NCBI RefSeq assembly: GCF_988243305.1
Contig: NZ_OZ547136.1
Length of the DNA: 64,000 nt
Reading direction: 5' to 3' (one strand)
The translations under genes and the position numbers were made by a program. The number at the start of each line of letters is the position of its first letter. Position 1 is the stretch's first letter. The notes under the pieces were generated by a model. The model worked only from the letters and a program-made list of their open reading frames with translations, made no database searches and was not told the origin of the DNA. Of the stretch, positions 1 through 8,922 are shown one piece after another.

Positions 1-109
1 CCTGAAGAAGAAAACCAACCCAGGTTACTCCGCAATTGGTCGTCTGAAAGGCCTGGCCGAAGTTCGCGGTGTCGAACTGGCGATCCAGCGCGCTTTCTTT
101 AGCCGTTAA
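1..109 (+). CDS. uxuA: 3' end of mannonate dehydratase (partial, N-terminus outside window)
   Basis: Frame-2 translation ...[35 protein letters not shown] ends at taa 107-109. Matches my recollection of the UxuA C-terminus and lies directly upstream of uxuB. Confidence 0.75.
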
Positions 110-189
110 TATCCACCGGCATGGCTGCGCGCCGTGCCGGTTCCTTCTTCCTTGCCGTCACTCTCTGAAGACGGATTCTGGAGTTTACG

Positions 190-1650
190 ATGACTACTAT
201 TGTTGACAGCAATCTGCCGGTTGCCCGCCCGTCATGGGATCATTCTCGTCTGGAATCACGCATTGTGCATCTCGGTTGCGGGGCGTTTCACCGCGCGCAC
301 CAGGCGCTGTATACCCATCATCTGCTGGAAAGCACCGACAGCGACTGGGGTATCTGCGAAGTTAACCTGATGCCAGGTAACGACCGCGTGCTGATCGAAA
401 ACCTGAAAAAACAGCAACTGCTGTACACCGTGGCGGAAAAAGGCGCAGAAAGCACCGAGCTGAAAATTATCGGTTCGATGAAAGAAGCGCTGCATCCGGA
501 AATCGACGGCTGCGAAGGTATTCTCAACGCGATGGCGCGTCCGCAGACGGCGATTGTCTCCCTGACGGTCACAGAGAAAGGTTATTGTGCCGATGCGGCA
601 AGCGGTCAGTTGGATCTCAATAACCCGCTGATCAAGCACGATCTGGAAAACCCGACTGCGCCGAAGTCCGCGATTGGTTACATCGTCGAAGCCTTGCGTC
701 TGCGTCGTGAAAAAGGGCTGAAAGCGTTTACGGTGATGTCCTGCGACAACGTGCGTGAAAACGGTCATGTGGCGAAGGTCGCGGTTCTGGGGCTGGCTCA
801 GGCGCGTGATCCACAGCTGGCGGCATGGATTGAAGAGAACGTCACCTTCCCGTGCACCATGGTTGACCGCATCGTTCCGGCGGCGACGGCAGAAACCTTA
901 CAGGAAATTGCTGACCAGCTGGGTGTTTACGACCCATGCGCCATTGCCTGCGAACCGTTCCGTCAGTGGGTGATTGAAGATAACTTCGTTAATGGTCGTC
1001 CGGACTGGGATAAAGTGGGCGCACAGTTCGTTGCAGACGTTGTGCCGTTCGAAATGATGAAACTGCGTATGCTGAACGGCAGCCACTCTTTCCTGGCGTA
1101 CCTCGGTTACCTCGGCGGCTATGAAACCATTGCCGACACCATGACTAACCCGGATTATCGCAAAGCGGCCTTCGCCCTGATGATGCAGGAACAAGCGCCA
1201 ACGCTGTCGATGCCGGAAGGTACAGACCTGAACGCCTATGCGACGCTGCTGATCGAGCGTTTCAGTAACCCGTCTCTGCGTCACCGTACCTGGCAGATTG
1301 CGATGGACGGCAGCCAGAAGTTACCGCAGCGTCTGCTGGATCCGGTGCGTCTGCACCTGCAAAACGGCGGTAGCTGGCGTCACCTGGCGCTGGGCGTGGC
1401 TGGCTGGATGCGTTACACCCAGGGCGTGGATGAGCAGGGTAAAGCTATTGACGTGGTCGACCCGATGCTGGCGGAGTTCCAGAAGATCAACGCGCAGTAT
1501 CAGGGCGCAGACCGCGTGAAAGCGCTGCTGGGCCTGAGCGGTATCTTTGCCGATGATCTGCCGCAGAATGCCGACTTTGTTGGCGCGGTGACGGCGGCAT
1601 ATCAGCAGCTGTGCGAACGCGGTGCGCGCGAGTGTGTGGCTGCGCTGTAA
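190..1650 (+). CDS. uxuB: D-mannonate oxidoreductase (fructuronate reductase), 486 aa
   Basis: A 486-aa ORF of the mannitol-dehydrogenase family. Its length and position between uxuA and uxuR match K-12 UxuB. Confidence 0.9.
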   Translation: MTTIVDSNLPVARPSWDHSRLESRIVHLGCGAFHRAHQALYTHHLLESTDSDWGICEVNLMPGNDRVLIENLKKQQLLYTVAEKGAESTELKIIGSMKEALHPEIDGCEGILNAMARPQTAIVSLTVTEKGYCADAASGQLDLNNPLIKHDLENPTAPKSAIGYIVEALRLRREKGLKAFTVMSCDNVRENGHVAKVAVLGLAQARDPQLAAWIEENVTFPCTMVDRIVPAATAETLQEIADQLGVYDPCAIACEPFRQWVIEDNFVNGRPDWDKVGAQFVADVVPFEMMKLRMLNGSHSFLAYLGYLGGYETIADTMTNPDYRKAAFALMMQEQAPTLSMPEGTDLNAYATLLIERFSNPSLRHRTWQIAMDGSQKLPQRLLDPVRLHLQNGGSWRHLALGVAGWMRYTQGVDEQGKAIDVVDPMLAEFQKINAQYQGADRVKALLGLSGIFADDLPQNADFVGAVTAAYQQLCERGARECVAAL

Positions 1651-1667
1651 CTAACTGATTACCCTAC

Positions 1668-1728
1668 AGACTTACTGGTCAATCAAACGCATATTTGGTT
1701 GACCAGTTTTCGTTTTTTTGCCCACCTG
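1668..1728 (+). terminator. Rho-independent terminator after uxuB
   Basis: Inverted repeat ctggtcaa...ttgaccag followed by ttttcgttttttt. Confidence 0.55.
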
Positions 1729-1784
1729 TACGTGCCAACTTCCAGTGCTAATGGTATAGTTTGAGATTAACGGGTGCCGTAAAA

Positions 1785-1840
1785 TTGCCCGTTGTAGGCC
1801 GGATAAGGCATTCACGCCGCATCCGGCAAAATTTGATTAA
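1785..1840. repeat. REP/BIME palindromic element
   Basis: gtaggccggataaggcattcacgccgcatccggca is a classic REP consensus, located in the uxuB-uxuR intergenic region. Confidence 0.7.
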
Positions 1841-1863
1841 CCGCACCTAACGGACACAACACC

Positions 1864-2637
1864 ATGAAATCTGCCACCTCTGCGCAAAGACCTTACCAGG
1901 AAGTCGGGGCGATGATCCGCGATCTGATCATAAAGACGCCGTACAATCCTGGCGAACGGCTGCCGCCGGAGCGTGAAATTGCAGAAATGCTTGATGTCAC
2001 GCGGACGGTGGTACGTGAAGCGCTGATCATGCTGGAGATCAAAGGGCTGGTGGAAGTGCGCCGGGGTGCCGGTATTTATGTTCTTGATAGCTCAGACAGC
2101 CAGAACACAGACAGTCCGGATGCCAACGTCTGCAATGATGCCGGTCCTTTTGAGCTGTTACAGGCGCGTCAGTTACTGGAAAGTAACATCGCGGAATTTG
2201 CCGCCCTGCAGGCTACCCGCGAAGATATCGTCAAAATGCGTCAGGCATTGCAACTGGAAGAGCGTGAGCTTGCTTCCAGCGCGCCGGGCAGCAGCGAAAG
2301 TGGTGACATGCAGTTCCATCTCGCCATTGCCGAAGCGACGCATAACAGCATGCTGGTGGAGCTATTCCGTCAGTCCTGGCAGTGGCGGGAAAACAATCCG
2401 ATGTGGATCCAGTTGCACAGCCATCTGGATGACAGCCTGTATCGCAAAGAGTGGTTGGGCGATCACAAACAGATCCTCGCCGCGTTAATCAAAAAAGATG
2501 CCCGTGCGGCGAAGCTGGCAATGTGGCAGCATCTGGAAAACGTTAAGCAACGTCTGCTGGAATTCTCGAACGTTGACGATATTTATTTTGACGGCTATCT
2601 GTTTGATTCATGGCCGTTGGATAAAGTCGACGCCTGA
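1864..2637 (+). CDS. uxuR: GntR-family repressor of the uxu regulon, 257 aa
   Basis: A 257-aa ORF with an N-terminal GntR HTH (…LPPEREIAEMLDVTRTVVREAL…) and an FCD C-terminal domain. It lies downstream of uxuAB. Confidence 0.9.
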   Translation: MKSATSAQRPYQEVGAMIRDLIIKTPYNPGERLPPEREIAEMLDVTRTVVREALIMLEIKGLVEVRRGAGIYVLDSSDSQNTDSPDANVCNDAGPFELLQARQLLESNIAEFAALQATREDIVKMRQALQLEERELASSAPGSSESGDMQFHLAIAEATHNSMLVELFRQSWQWRENNPMWIQLHSHLDDSLYRKEWLGDHKQILAALIKKDARAAKLAMWQHLENVKQRLLEFSNVDDIYFDGYLFDSWPLDKVDA

Positions 2638-2649
2638 CTGATTATGATA

Positions 2650-2692
2650 AGCGCAAGGGTAAACGTTCCTTGCGCTTTCTTAAATTAAGAAG
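2650..2692 (+). terminator. Hairpin terminator after uxuR
   Basis: aagcgcaagg-gtaaacgtt-ccttgcgctt followed by tcttaaatt. Confidence 0.45.
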
Positions 2693-2777
2693 TCGCAATG
2701 AGTATTACTTTGTAAATTGCAGGGTATTGTTTAAATATCTGTATAACCTGAATGTTAGTACTCATTCTTCTCAGTAG

Positions 2778-3608
2778 TCATTTACCAATATAATTCCATT
2801 CACCATTTTTTAATTCAAACAGTTCTGGAAGAGATGACGGTTGCAGAGTCATGCGTTTGAGTGGCGCATCTTCATCACCGGGGATAACTTTATATCCCAT
2901 TTTTGCATGGATCTCCGCGGTACCTGGATAGGCTTCTATACCAATTATTGGGTCATTTCCCATTCCAATATTAGCATTAAGTAATGCGGCAAGGGCGAAT
3001 CCGGAAGAATTTGCTACCCCGGTTACCGTCATTATCTGATCAATATAGATATCAATTCTTGGCTGCTCATTGGTCCATCTTTTTGCCTGAGAAGCTGGAA
3101 GGGTTGAAATATATCCTATCGTGGTTCCGGCATAACCAGGAACATTGCAACCAGGGCCTAATGTTATTTCATGAACTGTATAGTCCTCAACAGGATCGAA
3201 AGGGCTCTTCATAAATAAATTTAGCCGTAAACCTTCTGCTAACTCTGTGGCAGCATGCGCCTTTTTACATATACCACCATATATTTCGTCTAAAGCTGAG
3301 GTGATTTTCAAGTTTCGATAGAGCATACGCCCTGTTGTTGTAATACCATTGAATTCGCTGCATGTTTCTGTTACATAATTAAATGGCCAGGACTGTTTGC
3401 CAATATTAAGTTTTCTAATTTCGACAACGCTTTTTCCATCGTAATTATGGTTATTGCCACGAGTAAGAGGCAGAAGATAGATATTTTCCGTATCCATGCG
3501 TGCATATTCATATCGACGTGTTAACTCATTGTCGACTTTTGGGTGATGAAGGAAGTGATTATTTGTATTGAATTGGTTATTAGCGGCATTGCTTAATGGC
3601 ATAGACAT
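2778..3608 (-). CDS. yjiC: Uncharacterized protein YjiC, 276 aa
   Basis: A 276-aa ORF in an AT-rich context. Its position between uxuR and iraD and its length match K-12 yjiC. Confidence 0.75.
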   Translation of the reverse strand: MSMPLSNAANNQFNTNNHFLHHPKVDNELTRRYEYARMDTENIYLLPLTRGNNHNYDGKSVVEIRKLNIGKQSWPFNYVTETCSEFNGITTTGRMLYRNLKITSALDEIYGGICKKAHAATELAEGLRLNLFMKSPFDPVEDYTVHEITLGPGCNVPGYAGTTIGYISTLPASQAKRWTNEQPRIDIYIDQIMTVTGVANSSGFALAALLNANIGMGNDPIIGIEAYPGTAEIHAKMGYKVIPGDEDAPLKRMTLQPSSLPELFELKNGEWNYIGK

Positions 3609-4280
3609 AATAGTTACCTTTTATGAGTATTTCAATGATGTTTAGAAAAATAGATAAATTTTTCTGTAGTAAAAAGAGAAGTAAACAAATGACATGCATG
3701 TTTCTGTTGTAGTGATATCAACTCTACACGGTGATATTAAAGGGTGGGAAACACTATAAAGTATCAAAAAACGCTCATTTAAAATTATTTGCATGCAATT
3801 TAAAAGCATATCTTATTACTAATTGGAATTTGATGTTGCTATATTGATGTCTATATTAATAATGCCTGTGAATGGTATTTTTGATGTATTTGATATGTTA
3901 TCAATTTATATTATTTACAAACTAATTGTTTCAAATAATACATGGCTGATTATGCGAAGATAAATAATTGCTTTCCGGGATTATGTAGCGACGGTGACAA
4001 GTATTTTCATCTACGTAACTATTCGGAATATTCAGAATATACTAGCAGTTTTTTTTTGAGTTTGATGATTTTTATCAAATCATGACTTTTTTCCTGAAAA
4101 GTCAGTAGATATTCATAGGCAAGTAAGGTTTTATACTTTGCTGACAGGATTCAGGCCTGTCTCAGACTGACATGGATGTAATGAACAAAAGGGAATGGCT
4201 ATGGAAAATGAGCATCAATACAGTGGTGCCCGGTGTTCAGGGCAAGCCGCATATGTTGCTAAACGTCAGGAGTGCGCAAA
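3609..4280. promoter_or_regulatory. ~670-bp AT-rich intergenic region containing the iraD promoter(s) and leader
   Basis: A very AT-rich tract with curved-DNA character typical of H-NS-bound regulatory regions. It contains a 17-bp palindrome tgatttttatcaaatca near 4065-4085. Confidence 0.4.
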
Positions 4281-4673
4281 ATGATGCGCCAATCACTTCA
4301 GGCTGTTTTACCTGAAATTTCAGGCAATAAAACGTCATCGCTGCGTAAATCGGTATGCAGCGATCTCCTCACTCTTTTTAATTCTCCTCATTCGGCATTA
4401 CCGTCATTACTTGTTTCAGGCATGCCCGAGTGGCAAGTGCATAACCAGAGCGACAAACATCTTCAGAGCTGGTATTGCCGTCAGCTGCGTTCTGCACTGT
4501 TATTTCATGAGCCACGGATTGCGGCGTTGCAGGTCAATTTGAAAGAAGCGTACAGCCACACGCTGGCGATCAGCCTTGAGATAATGCTGTACCACGACGA
4601 TGAACCGCTAACGTTTGATCTGGTCTGGGATAATGGCGGTTGGCGTAGTGCGACGCTGGAGAATGTCAGCTAA
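4281..4673 (+). CDS. iraD: Anti-adaptor protein IraD (inhibits RssB-mediated RpoS degradation), 130 aa
   Basis: [17 protein letters not shown]…LENVS. The start is refined to the fourth codon of the ORF 4272-4673 so the length matches the K-12 IraD length of 130 aa. Confidence 0.85.
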   Translation: MMRQSLQAVLPEISGNKTSSLRKSVCSDLLTLFNSPHSALPSLLVSGMPEWQVHNQSDKHLQSWYCRQLRSALLFHEPRIAALQVNLKEAYSHTLAISLEIMLYHDDEPLTFDLVWDNGGWRSATLENVS

Positions 4674-5577
4674 GCACAATCTCCAGCTCGCGCAGTTCAC
4701 GCCAGAAGCGTTCGGCAACGGGATTCATACGGGTGTTCATCCGGTATGCGTAGGCCTGAATCGGGATCACCAGTTCGTCCCGATTAAGCACAACGAGCTG
4801 CCCGCTGCGAATTTCTTGTTGGATGGCGTACTCCGGCAGCCAGGCAATCCCACAGCCGTCGAGGGCAACCTGCTTTAATAGCTCGCTCATCGAAGAGACA
4901 AAAAAGGTGCTGAAACTTAACTCGCTGTGGCGCGTCAGGGTGCGATTAATCAATCGCCCCATGTAGGAGTTGCGGCTGTAATTCAGTAACGGAAAGTGTG
5001 GCTGCGCGAGGTTAAACAGTGCTTCTCCGTGTTCGTCACTGGCGCAGACGGGGAATAATTGAGATTCAAATAAGCGAATGTGGTCAAACGGCGCTTCCAG
5101 CAAATCTTCGTCGTGAAAGGAAAAAATACAGTCACTTTGCCCTTCACGCAGTTTATCGACCGCTTCATCGACATCAATGGCTTCAATCGCCCAGGTAAAG
5201 AACGGCGGCATCTGGCTGATAATGGACGGTAACAGGCCGAGGGAAAGAGAGTGTGCAGCGGCTATCTTGATTTTACGTTGCGCGTAATCGCTGCCGCCAC
5301 GCAGCTCTGCCAGGTTGCTTTCTAACTGTTGCAACAGATGGCGGATCTGCGAATGGAAGATTTTCCCTTGTTCCGAGAGTTGCAGCGGCGTCACCTGGCG
5401 GTTAAACAATTCAACGCCAATCGCCTGTTCCAGTGCACGGATGCGGCGGCTGAATGCCGGTTGTGAGACGTTGCGACTGACTGCTGCCTGGGAAAAGTTG
5501 CGGCATTTTTCCAGGGTCAGAAAATCATAAAGCCATTTTGTTTCAATATTATGCAAAACCGCACCACAGTCATCCAT
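4666..5577 (-). CDS. hypT: LysR-type hypochlorite-responsive regulator HypT (YjiE), 303 aa
   Basis: A 303-aa ORF with an N-terminal LysR HTH (…[23 protein letters not shown]…). It is convergent with iraD and the two 3' ends overlap by 8 bp. Confidence 0.85.
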   Translation of the reverse strand: MDDCGAVLHNIETKWLYDFLTLEKCRNFSQAAVSRNVSQPAFSRRIRALEQAIGVELFNRQVTPLQLSEQGKIFHSQIRHLLQQLESNLAELRGGSDYAQRKIKIAAAHSLSLGLLPSIISQMPPFFTWAIEAIDVDEAVDKLREGQSDCIFSFHDEDLLEAPFDHIRLFESQLFPVCASDEHGEALFNLAQPHFPLLNYSRNSYMGRLINRTLTRHSELSFSTFFVSSMSELLKQVALDGCGIAWLPEYAIQQEIRSGQLVVLNRDELVIPIQAYAYRMNTRMNPVAERFWRELRELEIVLS

Positions 5578-5641
5578 TACGTTTTACTCTGTCAGCCGCC
5601 CTTGCGGGCATTCTACGTCCATTCGGGCGGCTGACAACCGT

Positions 5642-6814
5642 TTAAGCCATTTCAAACGTTCCTTTCACGCAGGCTTTGCCGTCTTTGACCATCAGTTTGC
5701 CGCGAGCGTATACCTGCTCAATGCGCAATTCTGGCGTCATGACCAGTAAGTCTGCGTCATTGCCTGGCAGAATTTCGCCTTTCCCGCTCAGGTTAAGGAA
5801 ACCGGCTACGCTACTGGTGAGCGGGCGCAGGGCATCGCTGATACTGAAATCATAGTCTTTGACCAGCACCTGCACGGTTTCCAGCAACGTTTCAAAACCT
5901 GCAACACCGATATGGGTTAAATTCCCTTCGTCATCGAAGAACGGCTGGCTACCGTTGCCGTCGGAGCTGAGGGTGACGCGTGCCAGCGGAATACCGGCCT
6001 GAACGGCGCGGGCAATACCTTCGGCAGGGGCAACCGGTTCGTCAATGCTGCTGGTGATGTCGATAGTGCCGCCTTTGCGCGCGAACTCCAGCGCCTGCTC
6101 AAACAACGGTACGTTGCGGTTAACGTGGGTCGGCAGCAGCTTGCTGATCGGCACATCGCAGTTTTCCAGCAGGTCATAGACAGGCTGTAACGCCTTTTTA
6201 CTGTCGCCCATGTGGAACACGGTGACGCCAGGTTTACCGCCGAGCAAACCGCCAACGCGGGATTCTGCCGCCATATTAGCCAGGTGATAAACGTCCGGTG
6301 CGGCAGAACGGTGATCAGAGATGGCGCATTTCACGCCAATCACACGATCGATAATCGCCACGTCTTTTTCCACGGAACCCGTAATAGTGCGGGAAGGGAC
6401 ATGATAAGCGCCGGTCAGCATCCAGGCGCTGATGCCTTCTTCATTGAGCGCACGGGTCTTGGCGAGCAGGGATTCCGGGTGACGAGAGATAGAGTCAGTG
6501 CCGAGCAGACCAACCACTGACGTGACGCCCGCTTCCGTCAGACGACTTAACGCCACTTCCGGCGTGCGCGTCGTGGGACCTGCTTCACCGCCACCGCCAA
6601 TTAAATGAACGTGTTGATCAATAAAACCTGGGCAGAGGATCTGCCCGCTGAGATCGACAACCGTGCAGTCCGGTACAATATCAGAAGGGATATTACTGGC
6701 AACGGCGATAATTTTGCCGTTAGCGACGAGGACATCGCAAACTCCCCGATCTTCCGGCGCATACAAATGCGCTCCCTGCAGCAGGGTAAAACCGGCTGCG
6801 GTATAATCAATCAT
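5642..6814 (-). CDS. iadA: Isoaspartyl dipeptidase, 390 aa
   Basis: A 390-aa amidohydrolase with the metal-binding HVHLIGGGGE motif. Length and position match K-12 iadA. Confidence 0.9.
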   Translation of the reverse strand: MIDYTAAGFTLLQGAHLYAPEDRGVCDVLVANGKIIAVASNIPSDIVPDCTVVDLSGQILCPGFIDQHVHLIGGGGEAGPTTRTPEVALSRLTEAGVTSVVGLLGTDSISRHPESLLAKTRALNEEGISAWMLTGAYHVPSRTITGSVEKDVAIIDRVIGVKCAISDHRSAAPDVYHLANMAAESRVGGLLGGKPGVTVFHMGDSKKALQPVYDLLENCDVPISKLLPTHVNRNVPLFEQALEFARKGGTIDITSSIDEPVAPAEGIARAVQAGIPLARVTLSSDGNGSQPFFDDEGNLTHIGVAGFETLLETVQVLVKDYDFSISDALRPLTSSVAGFLNLSGKGEILPGNDADLLVMTPELRIEQVYARGKLMVKDGKACVKGTFEMA

Positions 6815-6826
6815 GGTAACTCCTTG

Positions 6827-7288
6827 TTAAACAATAAGCTGCATAACCCAGATCGACAGCAATGCGTTAATCACGCAGACCGTAATGATATGCGGGTAAT
6901 ATTTGGCATTCACTTCGGCTGTCCCCAGGCAGCGACCGACATTTTGCACCGGGTTGCCCATTAAATACATCGCGGGCAGTAAAACGGTGACATCGTGACC
7001 GGTTAATGCGCCAGCGGTTGCCAGACTGGCGGCAACACCGACTGCGCCACCCATACTCATTAATGCGGCTAAAAGGACGGTTGCCGCTTCACCTGGCAAT
7101 CCCCACAGCGCCATTACCGGTTCACAGATATGCCCCACCCAGTCGAGCAGGCCGGTAATTTTCAGCGCCTGAATGATGACAAACGCCATCACCACGTTTG
7201 GTAGCAGGTTGGTGGTGGCGATAGTAAAGCCACGGCGCGCGCCATCGATAAACATATCCATGACGTTTTTGCGGACCTGAGTTGTCAT
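6827..7288 (-). CDS. yjiG: Inner-membrane protein YjiG (SpmB-like nucleoside-transporter-domain protein), 153 aa
   Basis: A 153-aa hydrophobic ORF. Its start overlaps the yjiH stop as ATGA. Confidence 0.85.
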   Translation of the reverse strand: MTTQVRKNVMDMFIDGARRGFTIATTNLLPNVVMAFVIIQALKITGLLDWVGHICEPVMALWGLPGEAATVLLAALMSMGGAVGVAASLATAGALTGHDVTVLLPAMYLMGNPVQNVGRCLGTAEVNAKYYPHIITVCVINALLSIWVMQLIV

Positions 7289-7968
7289 GCTTGCGCTCCT
7301 TGCGTTGGGTTGCGACGTTCTTCGAAGTTAAGCCAGACGCGCAAAATGTTGGCTCCGACAAATTTAAACACCAGGATGACTGCTAAAGGTACGATTACGG
7401 ACGTGCCCAGAAAGGCAAACACCGCGACGCCGGAAGAGAAGTAGTTGGTGATGATGGCGCTACCACTGGTTTGATATGCGGCGAAAATCACTTTATCGCG
7501 TTCGGTAATTTCACCTTCCTGCGCCAGCTCTTTGGTCATACCGGCGGCGGCATCAGTGTTTTGCAGGTTAGCGATCAGCGCCAGCGAGCAGATCCCTGGA
7601 ATACCCAACAACGGTTTTAGCACAGGTGTCATTAACTGCTGCGCGGCGCGTAATCCACCAAGACCATCGGTAATTGAAATAATCCCCAGAGAGAGAATGA
7701 CTGACGGTGCCAGCTCCAGCGCAAAGAGAAAGCCATCTTTAGCCCCCGCGCCACCCGCGCCGCGAAACGAGGTGGTGGCTCCGTTCGCACCAGGCAGTTG
7801 CCCAAACGATCCGTTCAGCACGGAAAAATCAAAAACGCGCCACCAACTGTCTGTCCCGGAAAAAACACCGGAAAAAAAGATTATGGTGAGAAAAAAAGCC
7901 AGATACCCTTTAATGCCCACTTTTTCTGTCGCCAGCTCCCCGGCTACAGCATCCCCTTGTTGTGTCAT
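7285..7968 (-). CDS. yjiH: Inner-membrane protein YjiH, about 227 aa
   Basis: Hydrophobic ORF. The start is refined to MTQQGDAV… to match the K-12 length. Confidence 0.8.
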   Translation of the reverse strand: MTQQGDAVAGELATEKVGIKGYLAFFLTIIFFSGVFSGTDSWWRVFDFSVLNGSFGQLPGANGATTSFRGAGGAGAKDGFLFALELAPSVILSLGIISITDGLGGLRAAQQLMTPVLKPLLGIPGICSLALIANLQNTDAAAGMTKELAQEGEITERDKVIFAAYQTSGSAIITNYFSSGVAVFAFLGTSVIVPLAVILVFKFVGANILRVWLNFEERRNPTQGAQA

Positions 7969-8217
7969 AACAATCCCCATTGTTTTTTTGTGTTTGTGTG
8001 TTGCTTGAGCCAGGAAAATTCCTGGAGCTGAAAAACCTTATCAGCCATGTGGGTATGGGGAAAATGCAAGTATGTTTCTGGCTATGCGTTTTTTGCATAG
8101 CGGAAAAATTACGCTGTGGGGAAAAGGTTCTGCGCAGGATTGAGTTGCAGTAAATTCATAAACCCAGTGACAATGACATCAGTAAATTAAAGCAGAAAAT
8201 CCAGGGACGAAAACGAG

Positions 8218-8802
8218 ATGGCAAAGTACAACGAAAAAGAGCTGGCGGATACGAGCAAGTTTTTAAGTTTTGTCCTCCGACACAAACCGGAGGCGATTGG
8301 TATCGTACTGGACCGTGAAGGATGGGCGGATATCGATAAGCTCATACTTTGTGCCCAAAAATCGGGCAAGCGGTTAACCCGTGCATTGCTGGATACCGTT
8401 GTCGCCACCAGCGATAAAAAGCGTTTTAGTTATTCCAGTGATGGTAGGTGCATTCGCGCGGTTCAGGGGCATTCGACTTCGCAGGTCGCCATTTCCTTTG
8501 CCGAAAAAACACCGCCACAGTTTCTTTACCACGGTACGGCAAGCCGTTTCCTTGACGAGATAAAAAAACAGGGGCTGATTGCAGGGGTGCGTCACTACGT
8601 ACATCTCTCTGCTGATGAAGCAACGGCACGCAAAGTGGGAGCAAGACACGGATCGCCGGTTATTTTAACCGTCAAAGCACAGGAAATGGCGAAACGAGGC
8701 CTCCCTTTCTGGCAAGCGGAAAACGGGGTCTGGCTGACATCAACGGTTGCTGTTGAGTTTCTTGAGTGGCCGTTCATGCCGGCTGGGGTACAAAAACAAT
8801 AA
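8218..8802 (+). CDS. kptA: RNA 2'-phosphotransferase (Tpt1/KptA family)
   Basis: [25 protein letters not shown]…[16 protein letters not shown]… is a Tpt1 signature. It is divergent from yjiH. Confidence 0.85.
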   Translation: MAKYNEKELADTSKFLSFVLRHKPEAIGIVLDREGWADIDKLILCAQKSGKRLTRALLDTVVATSDKKRFSYSSDGRCIRAVQGHSTSQVAISFAEKTPPQFLYHGTASRFLDEIKKQGLIAGVRHYVHLSADEATARKVGARHGSPVILTVKAQEMAKRGLPFWQAENGVWLTSTVAVEFLEWPFMPAGVQKQ

Positions 8803-8819
8803 ATTCAATATATTGCAGG

Positions 8820-8880
8820 GGTTATATAGGCCTGATAAGCGCAGCGCATCAGGTAATGTAGCGTTTGTTATCAGTCGGAA
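8820..8880. repeat. REP-type palindromic element
   Basis: gcctgataagcgcagcgcatcaggtaatgtagcg matches the REP Y-type consensus. Confidence 0.6.
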
Positions 8881-8922
8881 AGGATACCCTCGCACAAGGG
8901 TATCCTTAATAACCTACTAAAA

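Noticed and set aside
256-1284. Antisense ORFs (170 aa and 128 aa) inside uxuB
   Set aside because: They lie opposite a full-length conserved dehydrogenase gene. There is no independent support.
8802-8802. Thought that kptA has a variant C-terminus relative to K-12
   Set aside because: I cannot reliably recall the K-12 KptA C-terminal residues, so no claim is made.
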